A stretch of DNA of 63,574 nt, counting the filler, from Intoshia linei (taxonomy: Eukaryota > Animalia > Orthonectida): assembly GCA_001642005.1 (NCBI GenBank). It is 10 parts of 10 records of this genome, joined end to end, with 100 filler letters (N's around TTAATTAATTAA, not from the genome) between each part and the next. Parts side by side here need not be neighbours in the genome. Positions count along the whole stretch, not along the records: positions 24,077 to 29,523 come from LWCA01001770.1; positions 29,624 to 35,578 come from LWCA01001727.1; positions 35,679 to 47,658 come from LWCA01001119.1; 7 more parts are not named here. The stretch is one strand, 5' to 3'. The notes beneath the pieces are model-generated. The model had not been told where the DNA came from and did not search any database. It saw only the letters and a list, made by a program, of their open reading frames with translations. A program made the translations under genes and the position numbers. The number at the start of each line of letters is the position of its first letter. Within the stretch, counting starts at the first letter, position 1. Below, piece by piece: positions 25,332 to 38,800 of this stretch.

Positions 25332-27785
25332 ACTGCAATAGTTTCTTTGGATGAATTATATGATCATATTTGCAAAGAAAATTTAATTTCAGAGTATGAT
25401 GGATCTTTTATGTATAATCAATCTGATTGGATCAAACAAAGAATGGTAATTAATTTTGTTAGAATTGGTAATTAACTACACTAGACAACAAAAAAAGATT
25501 TTTTTCTTGCGTCAAAAATATTTTTACATGATTTTTGTACTTCAGATATGTCATTAATTAATTATTGGCAATATAAATAATATTCTTATTGGATTTGCGG
25601 TTTTTCCATGTATTTGGGAAAAATCCTTCAATATGGATTAAAAAATGGTTAATAAATATTTGGATTATTTATATTTAGTATATATGTATGATAATTCGAT
25701 AGCAAAATAATATAATAAATAACTAAAAATTAATATTTTTGGACTAATTACCCCTCAATATTAATGTCAGTTTCTTGCGTAATATATGTAATGTATACAA
25801 TACATAGACCACAATTGAGCGCATCGAATGATGTACATGGCTATATGCAGCTCTGTCGAATTTTTGAATAGAAGTCGATGTAAGTTTCAAAATAAATAAA
25901 TACAATATAAATACAAAAAAATAAGTTAATTAATATTTTTAATTGTCTACAAATAATCGCCAAGCATTCTTTGGTGATTCAATCCATGAAACCGCTTTTC
26001 AAAAATTTTTATAGTTTGATGAAAACGTTCACCGTGTTCGTCACTTACGGTTATGCAATTTATAGGAAATCTATCACTATGACTTTCTATGAGGTGCATT
26101 TTGGGACTATAGAGGCAGCCCATTTTTTGATAGGATTTAAAGAAAGTTTTTAATAAATTATTAATTTTTTCATTTCATTTTTGTGGGGCTCCAAATATTA
26201 AAACAAATACTGCTGTTGTAGGTAATTTTGTATTTCTCTTGCATCAATTTATTAGTTGTATTATACATTCTAGACGATTTAAACACATATATTCCACAAA
26301 TATAACAATAGTTGTCAGAAAAGCATTCCATTATTTAAAAAATTAATACAATCAAGTACGAATAAAACTTTATATCAGTATTTTTCTATAGAAATAAAGA
26401 TTAATCCAATTAATTGGGTTTTTCGCTAATAATTTCTAAAATTGATATGATCGAATTATAAGATGTATATCATCATGATGAGATTTAAATTCTCATTTTT
26501 TTTGTGTAGTTTAGTGCTATTTAATGATTTGCAAATACACTACATTACACATCAGTGCGGTGGAGTGTATTTGTTTATTTCAAAAAAAAGTTTCTAATTT
26601 AAAATGTCCCAAAATGTAGAATTCAAAATTTATAAAAAATACCGTACATTTAACCTGTAAATATGAAAAATAAATCAAATAATTAAATTTAAAATACCTA
26701 TAAATTTACCTGAATTAATGAATAATTTATCATTTAAGAATTGAATGTGACGATAACAGATATAGATAACAATTTTATAAAAATATTACCTGTGTCTAAT
26801 TTAGTTTATTTTCGCGGTTAAATTTTAATTTTACAGTCATGTAAATTTATAAACAAATTGTAAAATGTAAAATTGGCGCAAATAACATTTAAAACAGTAA
26901 CAGGTAATATTATTTTGTATAAATTTTTTAACTTTTGTAATTTATTTGTATATATTTTACATTTTTTACATCAATTATGGTATAAACGTATACTAAATTC
27001 ACTACAAAAGTGTACAATATTTCATATCCTAAAATGACGAAAATGTCTTGTCAACTTTGTAAAATGATTTTTTTTAAAGTTTTTAGATTTGCATAATTTT
27101 TAAAATTTATATTTTTAGAATTTTGAATCAATTATATCAAAATTAAATGAAATTTTGGACTTTTGCAATACATTTCAAATTGAATACGATCAGAGTAAGA
27201 TTGCGTCCGATTCCAGTTCAATTGATAAAATTTTGTTGAATATTCGAAATGGAAACGATACTTGTAAAAAATATAAAGAAAAATACATCCAGATTAACCA
27301 AAATTTAAAAAATATTTATTCTTCTACACGTAAATTTTTATTCGCAAAATATTCTTGAAATGTATGTCAATTTTAATTATAATTTTATTATAATTTCAAT
27401 TTTGCACATGCTGGTACTTTAAATTCACAATTTTGTTATTTTAATAAATTAGTAAACTCTAATGTCGACATTGCGGATGCTAAATCAGATACTGATGAGT
27501 TGATGGAAATTTGTCAACGTAAATTAAATTCAAAATTTTCCAATTTTGACGAATCTATTCAAAATTTAAATCAGCAAAAAGTTGTTATTGTCATGATTGA
27601 AAAAATAGAACATTATATCGGTGTAATAAAATCTCATGTTCAAGTTGTTAGGTTGGTTTTTATGATCTTTGACAATTTTTTATTTTAGTCGGTCGTTTTT
27701 AAAAATTGGCGAAAATATCGAAAAATGTAAAGAGTTTAGAAATATGAATACTGAAAACAATGTTCGAATCAACAAGTTATTGGAG
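25332..27785 (+). CDS. Probable CRAL-TRIO(Sec14)/spectrin-like protein exons (SESTD1/DBS-like); model incomplete
   Basis: Exon IVSLDELYDHICKENLISEYDGSFMYNQSDWIKQR matches the end of Sec14-like domains (L..YI...QL...GG.L.Y.H..W..R). The downstream helical exons at 27120-27785 may belong to the same gene. Confidence 0.42.
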
Positions 27786-28567
27786 GTATGTTTAAGATTA
27801 TTTAGTTTTTAGACTTAATTCATGTTTTATTGGAATTTTAATGGTACATTAATTTGCTTTAAAAACAGGGGAAGTAAAAAGTACAATTAGTTAGTAGGAA
27901 ACTAGACAAGATTAGACAGTTACATTTATTTGTAGGATTGATTTATACATGTTTGGGTAGTTCAATCAGATTAATCAAATTATTGATTCAATAATTTATT
28001 TCAACTCGATTTAATTGGAATCAAAATTGGTACAACCAAGTACAACTTTGTAGAAATGTATAGTTTATAGTTCATTCACATTAAAAAATTAATTTTGACA
28101 TTTGATAATTATTATAGTGAATAAGGTAAAAATATGTAGAAATGAACTAGCATTGCTTGTAGTTCAAAATTGTTACATTATTTTTAATTAGTGAATATTA
28201 TCGATAATTTTTTCTTTATTTAAATCAGAGGTTTGTTTGTCTGGGTCACCATTTATTGAAAAAGTAAGATCCCTTGAATTTTAAAAAACAAATTCTGAGA
28301 TTTGGTTGTCTTCTGTTTATCCTAGAAGTTTTTATCTTGTCAGTCAAAAACGCATTTATATTTACACTGTGTGTATACATATACACATATGTAATCAGCA
28401 CTTTATAAACATATTTCATTTGAATTTTATCAATATTGCAAAGGATTGTAATAAATATAAAAATAATAACAAAGTTGTATTACTTTTAGTAGTCGTTGAT
28501 GTAGTTTTAATTTAAATTTTAAACAAAATGCTTTGAAAATGAGAATTTGAGATTGAAAAATTAATGA

Positions 28568-29378
28568 ATGAAGGAATGAATTATATAGATTTTCACCCAT
28601 ATTTCTTGATTGAAAATGTGTTAACGTTCAATGCACATTTTTTTTGAAATTGTAGGATGAGTAATTTTACTTTTTCATTTTTAATTTTAATCCAAAATTT
28701 GAATTAAACATTATTTTTCACCGGGAATGCATAGACTTCTAGGGTTTAAATTTTGTATTTATATCAAATGGAATAAGCTCTATCAGAAAATCTTCTTTTT
28801 TAATGGTAGGACAGTAATTATTTCAAATTTGTTTTAATAAAATAGTTTCGAAATAAAAAAATTAATATTAAAGTACTTTTTTGACTGTAAAGGCGTCTAA
28901 GGCTGTTTTCATTTTAAAAAATAATGGTAATGTGGGGTTTTGATCATTAAAATTATTTTTTTTGAGGTTTCCATTTATAATAATGCTGATGATTATAAAA
29001 CTATCTCAGAATTTATGTTTAAAAAAAATAAGAATATATTTCATATTTAAAACATAGTATAATTTGGAGTTTTGACCATGAAGGTACGCGTTCTGAGGCT
29101 GAGATTAGAGACAATGTTAATGATTTTAAAACGCGTTCCAGAATGTATGTTTTATTAAATTTTTGGGTTGATTTTGGGTGATTTTTTTTAAACAAAAGGG
29201 GAAATTTGCTTTTTGACCCTGAAGGACTCAAATTCTAAAACTGAAAAATGGATAAAAACACGTCTTGGGAAAATCCCTATTAGAAATTGGGTTTTTTTAA
29301 ATCCTGCGACTGTCAATTTTTTTAATAAATGGTTATACACACAAACACACAGACATTCATTTTTATATAAATGAAGGA
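28568..29378 (-). mobile_element. Helitron-like family copy
   Basis: Shares TTTCACCGGGAATG...GGAATAAGCTCTATCAGAA...TTTTTGAC(C/T)GT blocks and the ACACACAGACA terminal tract with 15437-16404. Confidence 0.7.
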
Positions 29379-29783
29379 ATGTGTAATTTCTATTATAAAG
29401 TTTCCATTTCTATTTCTTCTTCCTACATAGGTTAGGGCAGTGGTTCTCAACCCGTGTTCCGCGAAATTTATTGGGGTTCCGTGAAATATAAATGCGATAT
29501 TTTTCAATTTAAAGTTTTTCTAANNNNNNNNNNNNNNNNNNNNNNNNNNNNNNNNNNNNNNNNNNNNTTAATTAATTAANNNNNNNNNNNNNNNNNNNNN
29601 NNNNNNNNNNNNNNNNNNNNNNNTATTTCGTAAAAATAAAAAAATAACGCACTTACAATAAATATTCGTAAAAATATGATGATTTATAATAAAGTTACAA
29701 TAAAAACGACATCACTTATGAAACAACCTAATATATATATATACTACTTATATTTAGATTTATATATAATGAATTCTACTTAC

Positions 29784-30058
29784 CACATTCCTCGCAGAAC
29801 AATTAGCACTGCGTTTGATGAGCAATTCTAACACTTGTGCGCGATTGTGTGCTGCCGCCAAAATGAGCGGTGTTGTACCTTCCTGGTCTCGGCATTCGAT
29901 ATGAGCATTTTCTGAATCAAGTAGAGAGGAAATCTCTTTAATGTCATTGTCAACAACACAATTATGTAACTTTTCTATGTATTCCATTTCCTTTGAACAT
30001 TAAAAAATTAGAAAGCATGAAATAACTTAACTGCAAAATTGAATGTTGGCATTATCAT
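29784..30058 (-). CDS. Ankyrin-repeat protein, N-terminal exons (rest in or beyond gap)
   Basis: IECRDQEGTTPLILAAAHNRAQVLELLIKRSANCSARN is a canonical ankyrin repeat. A GT donor follows at 29783. Confidence 0.85.
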
Positions 30059-32444
30059 TTAAATAAATAGTTAAATCAATACAAGGTTACCTAAGAATAT
30101 ATTATTTAATCAGTAATTTTGTAGACTAAATTAAACTGTATTTTATAAAAAATTTAGCTAAAGTATTATTGAATCCAAATAAAAATTATATTAAATCAAT
30201 TAAATTTCAGATAAAAAAATTTGTTCATTTACAGAATGTACAGCATTGTGAAAATATCTTTAAAACACATTAATCGAACAGTGTGTCGGACTGTTCTAAG
30301 CAGCATGAACATACCGAACATCTTCGGGTCTAAACGAACTTTTGTAAAGTGAACACTTAAGGAAATTATATTTTTGAATATCATTACTATTTTGAGTCAA
30401 ATTTAAACTGGCAAGTCCGGAGTCTGGACTCTAGACCGAAGAAGAATAGCTAGAAATATATGTCATTATAGTGCATCATATGCGAAAAATTTATTCCTAT
30501 GTTTATTTTTAGGGAGTGGTACATCGCGTATGGTAGATTCGAGTGTGAGTTTGAACCCTGATATTACCTTGACAATCTTGGGTGACTAAAAAATTAAAAC
30601 ATTCCAATGAAGTTTCAAGTGGATTATAAAAATGTATCATTATTACAAAATAATAAAAAAACAATTAAAACTAATATAAACTGTAATACAATTATATAAT
30701 CAAACTAGTTTATTTAATTCCCATATATATACATTTTAATTTGAAAATGTTTACCGTGTTATCGTACGACATCATATATTTTATTTTGACATGTGTAATT
30801 TCTACTTGAAACACCTACAAACGTACAAATACTATTTCAATACACAAATTACATATCACATTTATGTAACTTTATTTTATGTTGGTTACAAATATTGACA
30901 TGTAAATAAATGTAATAGTAAAGATAAACAGTAATAATAATGGTGTTTATACATAATAGTATGTATATAATATAATAACATAATATGTATAATATAGTGT
31001 TACATAAATACTGTTGATTAAAGAGTAATGACATGATGATAAGACTAATACTGTACAATTTATTTATTGTCAGTAACAAGATACATGTAGTAGATTATTA
31101 TTTTTTCAATTAATGATTGGCTACCTACTTGAAATCCTTATAAAAATCAAACAATGTCATCTATCATATATTGTAAAAGTTTTGAAAGTATACTACACAT
31201 TATCAAGTCGAGATATATTCCATTTTGTGATGAGAAATAACAGTTTAAAATATTTTTTTTCAAAAAAATTCTCAAGTTGTTATGGTCATTACTAAAGCAG
31301 ACAAAAACGAGTAAAGTGATCGAAATACTCTTTTACATTAAAATGATTGACATCTGCTCGTTTTAAAAAAAAATGTTGCATAATTGCTCGATTTTTTCAA
31401 AATGTACTCGCTTTTTTGTGTTTGTAATATTGATCAAGATATAAATAGGGTTTATCAGAATTTAATATGAAAATACACTGAAGAGTGAAAGCAATTATAC
31501 AAATGAACAGTTGTTAACTATACAAGTTTAATATAAACAGGTTTATTACAGTGTTTACCATATAATTACTAATTAGTAAAATTAATAATTTTATTAATTA
31601 TGTCTAATTATAATTAGACATTTTGTATTATAGTATAAACTTTATACAGTAAAATTTTAAAACTTTCACGTTTAATTTTATATTTTAACACTTTTACAAT
31701 AAATTTTATTTTCTCAAAAATATCAGAAATATCTCAGTCGTTTTCTCGTTCTCAATTTATTATATCAAGCTTATGCAATCATAATGCAATCATTCCAAGA
31801 TTTAAACCAGTTGACTTTCAGCGAAGATATATGTAATATAAAAACATATTTACAAAACAGAATAACTTCAAACGTTCTTAAATATATAAATCCTGTAAGA
31901 AATATGAGACCATTCTTTGTAAAAGGATTATTCTCAATGTTAAAACGTATTTTTACGAAAAATCGACAATTTAAAAGTTGTAACGTTAAAACACATTTTT
32001 ATATATACAGTATTTTCTCATCAACGTAAAAATTTGTCAATTAAAAAAAAAGCAACAAATTATACTGTTTCATTAAAAAAATAAAACATACGGCGAGATA
32101 TGCCTTAGAAATTTAAAAAATTTAAATTATCTTTGGGCTGCATTAATTGAATAATTATAAAGTCACATAATAAACATAAAAGTTGCAACAATGATACATT
32201 GAAGATTATTCAAATAAAATTAATAATGTATTTAAGGTGGTACATTGTAAATGATGATATCGGTAAAACTATCACAGAAAGCTAAAATAACTGATGATTT
32301 TTCAACAAAATTAAAAATACTAATTTATTATTGCAATACAGTACAAGATTTTTAAAGTTATATTTATTGAAAACTGTCAAAAATTTTATTCAAAATGTTT
32401 TGAAAATGAAAATTTAAAAATTGCGTAGCAATGAAAAAAATTCC

Positions 32445-33053
32445 GAAGGAATGAATTATATAGATTTTCACACATATGTCTTTATTGAAAATGTGTAGAG
32501 GTTCAATACACACTTTTTTGAAATTGTAGATTTTTATTTTAATCGAAATAATTTTGAAATATGAGTTGATAATACATCATAATAATGTATATTAAAAATT
32601 ATTTTTCACCGGGAATGCGCAGATTTCAGGGTTAAAATTTTGTATATATATCAACTGGAATAAGCTCTATCAGAATAATATTTTTTTAACTTTCGAACCA
32701 TTAATTATTTCACACTTTTTGTTTTAATAGAATATTTCGGAAAAAAATATATGAATACTAAAATGCTTTTTTGACCGTGATATATAATTTATAATAATGT
32801 TTATGATTTTAAAATCCGTATCAGTGTATATATTTTTTTAAATTCTCCAACTTGTTTGATTTTCAAAAAAAGGACAATTATAGTTTTTGATCCGTAAAAT
32901 GTGAGTTTGGGAGATTGAAATTTATCTTATGTCCCGGAAAAAACTGTAATTAAAATGTGGACTTTATAAATTTCTAGGACTGGTAGTTATTGAAATAAAG
33001 TGAAACATACACACACAAACAAATATTGCGTAGCATATTATATAAGTAAGGAT
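32445..33053 (-). mobile_element. Helitron-like family copy
   Basis: High similarity to 15770-16404. The minus-strand 5' end reads A|TCCTTACTTATATAATATGC. Confidence 0.72.
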
Positions 33054-33369
33054 TTTATGTAGTTTTTTGGGTTAATTATGACGAATTCAAACATCTTTAA
33101 AGACCAAAATAAATGAGCTAGAAATGAATTACAAAAAACAAAATTGTTCACAAAGTATGATCAACATATCAAGGGAACTACCAACATAATTATCCATATA
33201 AACAAAATAAAGTTATATTTTAAATTTATCCCAACATTTTTGTATGAATTTCAATAATTATATTTGATGTGGGTAAATATTAACCGATTCCATTTTTTTG
33301 AGAGATAATAATCAAAAAAGACATCCACATGCAAAAAATGTTTTTCCAGTAAAAAAAGTGGACACCCTT

Positions 33370-33590
33370 ATATGCAATTTGTCGATATCAACGGTGGAGC
33401 CGAATTGCAACTTTGAAAATGTAGAACTGAACAGATAGTAAAGCTCAGTAATATATGCAATTTATCGACACAGTATACCAACAGTGGAGCTGAATTGCAA
33501 CTTTAAAAATGTAGAACTGAACATATAGTAAAGCTCGGTAATATATGCAATTTATCGACACAGTATACCAACGGTGGAGCTGAATTGCAA
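33370..33590. repeat. 90-bp tandem repeat (~2.5 copies)
   Basis: The unit ATATATGCAATTTATCGACACAGTATACCAAC(A/G)GTGGAGCTGAATTGCAAC... starts at 33451 and 33541. A slightly shorter copy lies at about 33370. Confidence 0.92.
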
Positions 33591-33854
33591 AATAGTAATT
33601 AAAACTTATCATAAGATGCATTCTTCCATATTTTAAATAATAAATAAAAAAAAATTACAAAATAAAATTTAAAAACAAACTGCATGCGTAACGAAAATAC
33701 ATTACTAAAAATTAAATTAAAAATATATTTATTTAAAAAAAAATAGCTGTCGCCATACATATTAAATTAGAATATTATTCATTTAATATAAATAGAACAT
33801 GGTAACAATTGTTTGTAATTTATTTTCATCAATCTTAGAAATGTTAACTTTGTA

Positions 33855-34749
33855 ATGTTGCGAAAACTATATTCACCGCAAAAATGTTATTATTGTTTAT
33901 ATTTTCCAATAAATTTTAGATATTTGCCGTTTGAAATCTGTAGCTTTGGAAAATAAAAAAAATGTAGAATTGTTTATAAACGACAAACCAGTGGTTGTAC
34001 CGGCTGGGACGAGCATAATGGATGTTTATTATAATTGAATACTACAACTAAAGATACATTTAGGCATGCAAGACCAAAGGTATAAATGTACCTCATTTTT
34101 GCTACCATGAAAGACTTAACATTGCTGGCAATTGTCGCATGTGTCTGGTTGAAGTCAATAAATCACCTAAACCTATAGCTGCATGTGCCATGCCTGTTGC
34201 TAATGGAATGAAAGTTTATCCAGACTCTGATCTTAGTAAACAGGCCAGAGAAGGAGTAATGGAATTTCTACTAGTTAATCATCCCTTGGATTGTCCAATT
34301 TGTGATGAAGGTGGAGAATGTGAATTACAGGTATATACAAAATATGCTTCTTACATGATATGTTATAGAACCAATCTATGAAATATGGGAGCGATAGGTC
34401 CCGATTTGTTGATATGGAGTTTACTGGAAAGCGTGCAGTACCTCAAGCTGACTTTGGACCTCTCGTTAAACCAATCATGACCAGGTGTATACACTGTACG
34501 CGATGTATTCGGTTTGCACGCGAAATTGCTGGGTGTGAAGATTTGGGTACTACGAGCAGAGGAAACAACATGGAAGTAGGCACGTTTCTTCAGGGCACTG
34601 TTTTTAAATCCGAATTATCTGGGAATGTCATTGACTTGTGTCCTGTTGGAGCTTTGACTTCTCATCCTTATTCTTTTGCAGCGAGATCTTGGGAATTAAT
34701 GACTACAGATTCCATAGACGTTATGGATGCTCTAGGCAGCAATATCAAA
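33855..34749 (+). CDS. NDUFS1: NADH:ubiquinone oxidoreductase 75 kDa subunit, 5' portion only
   Basis: [60 protein letters not shown] and [17 protein letters not shown] are present. The last visible exon ends at a GT donor at 34750. Confidence 0.97.
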
Positions 34750-35329
34750 GTAATTTTTCTAAAAAAACTAAAAATTTATAAAATTTTACTTATATTATTT
34801 GTGCCAGATTAAATATTGGAATGGCACTGAAATAAGACCAGAATTTCGGCTCTGAACCAGTTTCTATGTTCCTATTTTTAAATTATTATTATAGATTTTA
34901 ATTTAATTTTTCCAACCTTTTTAACAGTGAGTTTTAACCACAAGTCTTAGACACAATTAGTCTTAGCATTTTAAGGGTGACCTTGTGACTTTACAATAAA
35001 TGTTACATTGGATCAATCATCTTTTAAATTATAACTACAATAAAAATTTTAAACAACTTATTAAATTTGATTTACACTTTTCGACAAAACCTTAGAGCAC
35101 CTGTATTATATTGAAATATAAGGAAAACTAAAATAAATTATAATCTAATTTTTTGAATACTAAAACAATATGGTATATTAGTTATTGCCCCGAATTTTAA
35201 ATTGTGTAATTATGTATACTTTTTTTATAATTTGAGAATGAAAAAAAGTCGAAAAAAATATGCGACAAAAGTGCTCTAATGCTTTCTAATTTACAGAAAA
35301 ATAGGTATAATAATTTATTTAAAACAATT

Positions 35330-35578
35330 TTATAACTTTAATGAGTTCTTCCACCTTTATTTGTAATAACTTCAAAAATTCTAGAAGGCATACTTGCAAT
35401 TAAGGTGTTAACCTTGGGTTGGTCAATGGAATTTCAAGATCTATCTATGTCTAATCTCAGATCTTTTAAACATTTATATTGTTTTCCATCTTTATATACA
35501 ATCCCAGTCATTATTTCCCATATATTTCGTTTGTAAAACATAATTTAGTTTTAAATTTTTTTCCAAATCCTCCCCAAA
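35330..35578 (-). pseudogene. Tc1/Tc3-like transposase C-terminal remnant
   Basis: The minus strand reads WGGFG...VYKDGKQY...VNTLIASMPSRIFEVITNKGGRTH*, the typical Tc3 C-terminus. Confidence 0.78.
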
Positions 35579-35827
35579 NNNNNNNNNNNNNNNNNNNNNN
35601 NNNNNNNNNNNNNNNNNNNNNNTTAATTAATTAANNNNNNNNNNNNNNNNNNNNNNNNNNNNNNNNNNNNNNNNNNNNCGCATAAAAATACATCTATAGG
35701 CAAATATACTTTTTGATCTTTAAAAAAGTGGATACTCTAATATCTATACATTTGTATTATTAAATTCGCATCTAAACTGGATATTTCATTTTTATTAATA
35801 TAATTTATATTTTAATTTTATTCTTAG

Positions 35828-38800
35828 TTGGATCATAATCATTCTTCCCCAGATTTAAAAATACGAGTGTTATATACACTTGATTATATAAAAAACGATG
35901 AAACCAAGTGCATATTGTTTTACGCTGGAAATGAAGCAGCAATTGAAACGTTCTGGAATAACACGGTAATAATGCTCACAAGTCGTTTGACCCAACATTC
36001 CATTTTATCCTGTAATAAAAGTATCAATAGATTGAAACTCTTTTTTTGAGTGTTCACTATTCGATGATGATCAACAAATTTATGTATTTAAAGTTTAAAA
36101 AATGAATTTCAGGTTTTGATGGGTTCAATGAAACTTTAACACGTCTACCTGTTTTTGATTTCTTGTGGAGCGTCCACCAAAAATTTTCAAATTTCGAAAG
36201 TGTAAAACTGTGAAGTGGGGAATTCCCACTGGGAATATCGCCCCAGGGGCGATTGGGCAATTTTAAAAATAATAAAAATACAAAAAGAAATTTTTAAAGA
36301 GAGAAAATCAAGTAAAAATAAAAATAAACATATAATAATAATGATAATATAGTAACACAGTAATAAATATATTATTTTTTTAAATAATATTAAATATTCA
36401 CTTGAGAAATATCTCATAATCGGTTGAATCCAAAAAAAAATTGGTTAATTATTTAAATAAATTTTTAAATACATATAAAGCGATATAATTAAATACTTAG
36501 TCGAAATTTTTTTCAAGGGGGCGGTGAAAAAAAATATTGCTAAAAAGGAGTAGACAAAATGTGTTTGAGAACCCTAACCCTATACATATCATATCAAAAA
36601 ATGTAAAGTGATGTTCTTACCTGGATGTTATTATATTTACTACGATGTGTACCAATATTTGTGTCATGCAACGTCATTTTTTACTTACTAATTATAATAA
36701 TTTTAGCAACAAGCTTTTGTATGGGCAAATAAATTGAATTGTTTGGTAGTTTTTATGGAGCATAGATTTTATGGACACTCTGCTCCATCCCATATGGTAA
36801 TTGCAGACTAATTCCTATTTAACTGAATTTTTCGTTAACGGAAAAAAATTCCTGATTAACGGACTGTGAACTTGTCTAAAGTAAAAAAATTTTGTTAAAA
36901 ATTAAGCATAAATTGACTAGTATCATAATTATACTTAAACTTTTTCGGTTCAAATTAAAAATTTAGATATGTAAATTATTTTATTTTCTTCTTGATTAAT
37001 GATGATAATAATAGTTGATTATTAATTATATGAAATAAAATTAACTGTAAATGTTAATTAAGTGGAATAAAAATGAAAATATTTTTATTTTTTCATTGTT
37101 TTAATGTAGTGGTTTCGATTCAAATAGTGTACGCACCCTATTTCAAAATATATATTTTTTTGGACCCCAAGGGAACATGAAATATAAAACATTGATGAAA
37201 AAATTAAAGGTTTTTCATAATAGGATTTAGTAAAATCGTGTTTTTCAAAAAAAATTGGAAAAAGAGGATTTTTTTATTATAATTTTTAATATTATTCTTT
37301 TATATTAAATAATTTAAATTTTTTAATTTTTTTATTTTGGGTTTAGAATTAGGAAGTTGTTGCTCATAAGATTTAGTACAATCGGATTTTTTAAAATAAT
37401 ATGAGAAAAAGATATTATTAGTCTTAAGCGTTGATAATATTAGACTTTATTAGTTTGGGGTTGGAATAAGACGTTTATCTCATAACATTTGGTAAAATTG
37501 GATTTTTTATTTTGTGGTTTGATTAAGTTGATTTATTTTCATAAGGTTTCATAAAATTGCATTTTTCATTAAAATATCGGTAAAAGTCAATTTTTCCATG
37601 CGTGATTGAAATGGTATTTTTTATTAAATTTTATTAATGGTCGGATAAAAATTGGATTTTTGAAATACTAATGTAGCGGTCGTCTAGGCTTTGGGATAAT
37701 GACATGTAGAAACTCTGTAATAAATATTAAAAATTCTCTTATAAAAATAAAAAAAAGTTGCTGAAAATTTTTCTATATTTTATTTGAATCTCACTGACCC
37801 AGGCATATGATTTTAGACCCCATTCGGGAAGCACTGTTTTAATGTATACCTGTGTTTACCAACCTTTTTTATGCTAGGCTTCACTTTTACTTTTAAAAAA
37901 ATTCGAGCAAATTATAATAAAATAATGATAAAAACAATAATAATGTATTTATTTTTTAGAATTAATGAGACGATTGAGCCTGACGATTCTGACAGAGTTT
38001 ATTAATATTAGGTACTAATGTTGTAAGCTTTAATTGTAGATCTCCCCTTTTTGAAATTTGTAGTCTATTTATTTTTTTGTTAGTAAATCTAAAATTGCAC
38101 TAAACCCGCATTCTGCTATTTAAGAGGATGGAAATGGCAATAAAGCAATCCTAGCAAAAGTAGTTAAAGTCGTATAATTTTGTAAATTTGCAAATTTGGC
38201 ATTTTGCATATACTCATCAATTCAATAGCCCACGATCTTTAAAGATATATTTGTTTTTTGTCATTCTAATAATTTAATAATACAATTAAATGGTTCAAAT
38301 ATCACATAACCATTTATAAACCGGAGAATATTGTATAAAATTAACAATAAATTAATCTAAAGTTTCATAATACTACACATTTGTAATATTTCCCAGGATC
38401 CACCAAAAATTTCGTCATGCCCCACGGTTGGGAAACACTGATGTATACATTATTTATAAAAAATTTGTTAACCATAATGTTGTTCTAAAACAATTCCTCG
38501 TTAACGATGACTTAGCCTGTATTAATTAAAATAAGATTTTTAAAAAACTTGGAATTATTTATTTGAATCTCAAGGTATTAGACAGCTTTTCCTCCAAAAT
38601 TTAGACTAAATGAAAAATCTTATGACCCAGAAAAACCTTCAAAAGTATAGCGATATATATGAACAGAGACACCCAAAGACTTAAGATTATTAAATGAAAT
38701 AAACAATTAAATAATACATCATCAACATATAAAATAAATCAAATTTTAAAAATATATCGATTGATTAATTTATTAACGATGAATTAAAATTTTGAAATTA

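Noticed and set aside
30849-32029. Short I/Y/L/K/N-rich ORFs
   Set aside because: Low-complexity AT-rich frames with no motifs or credible splice structure.
33370-33590. CRISPR-like repeat/spacer array
   Set aside because: The spacers are near-identical, there are no cas genes, and the context is eukaryotic. Kept only as a tandem repeat.
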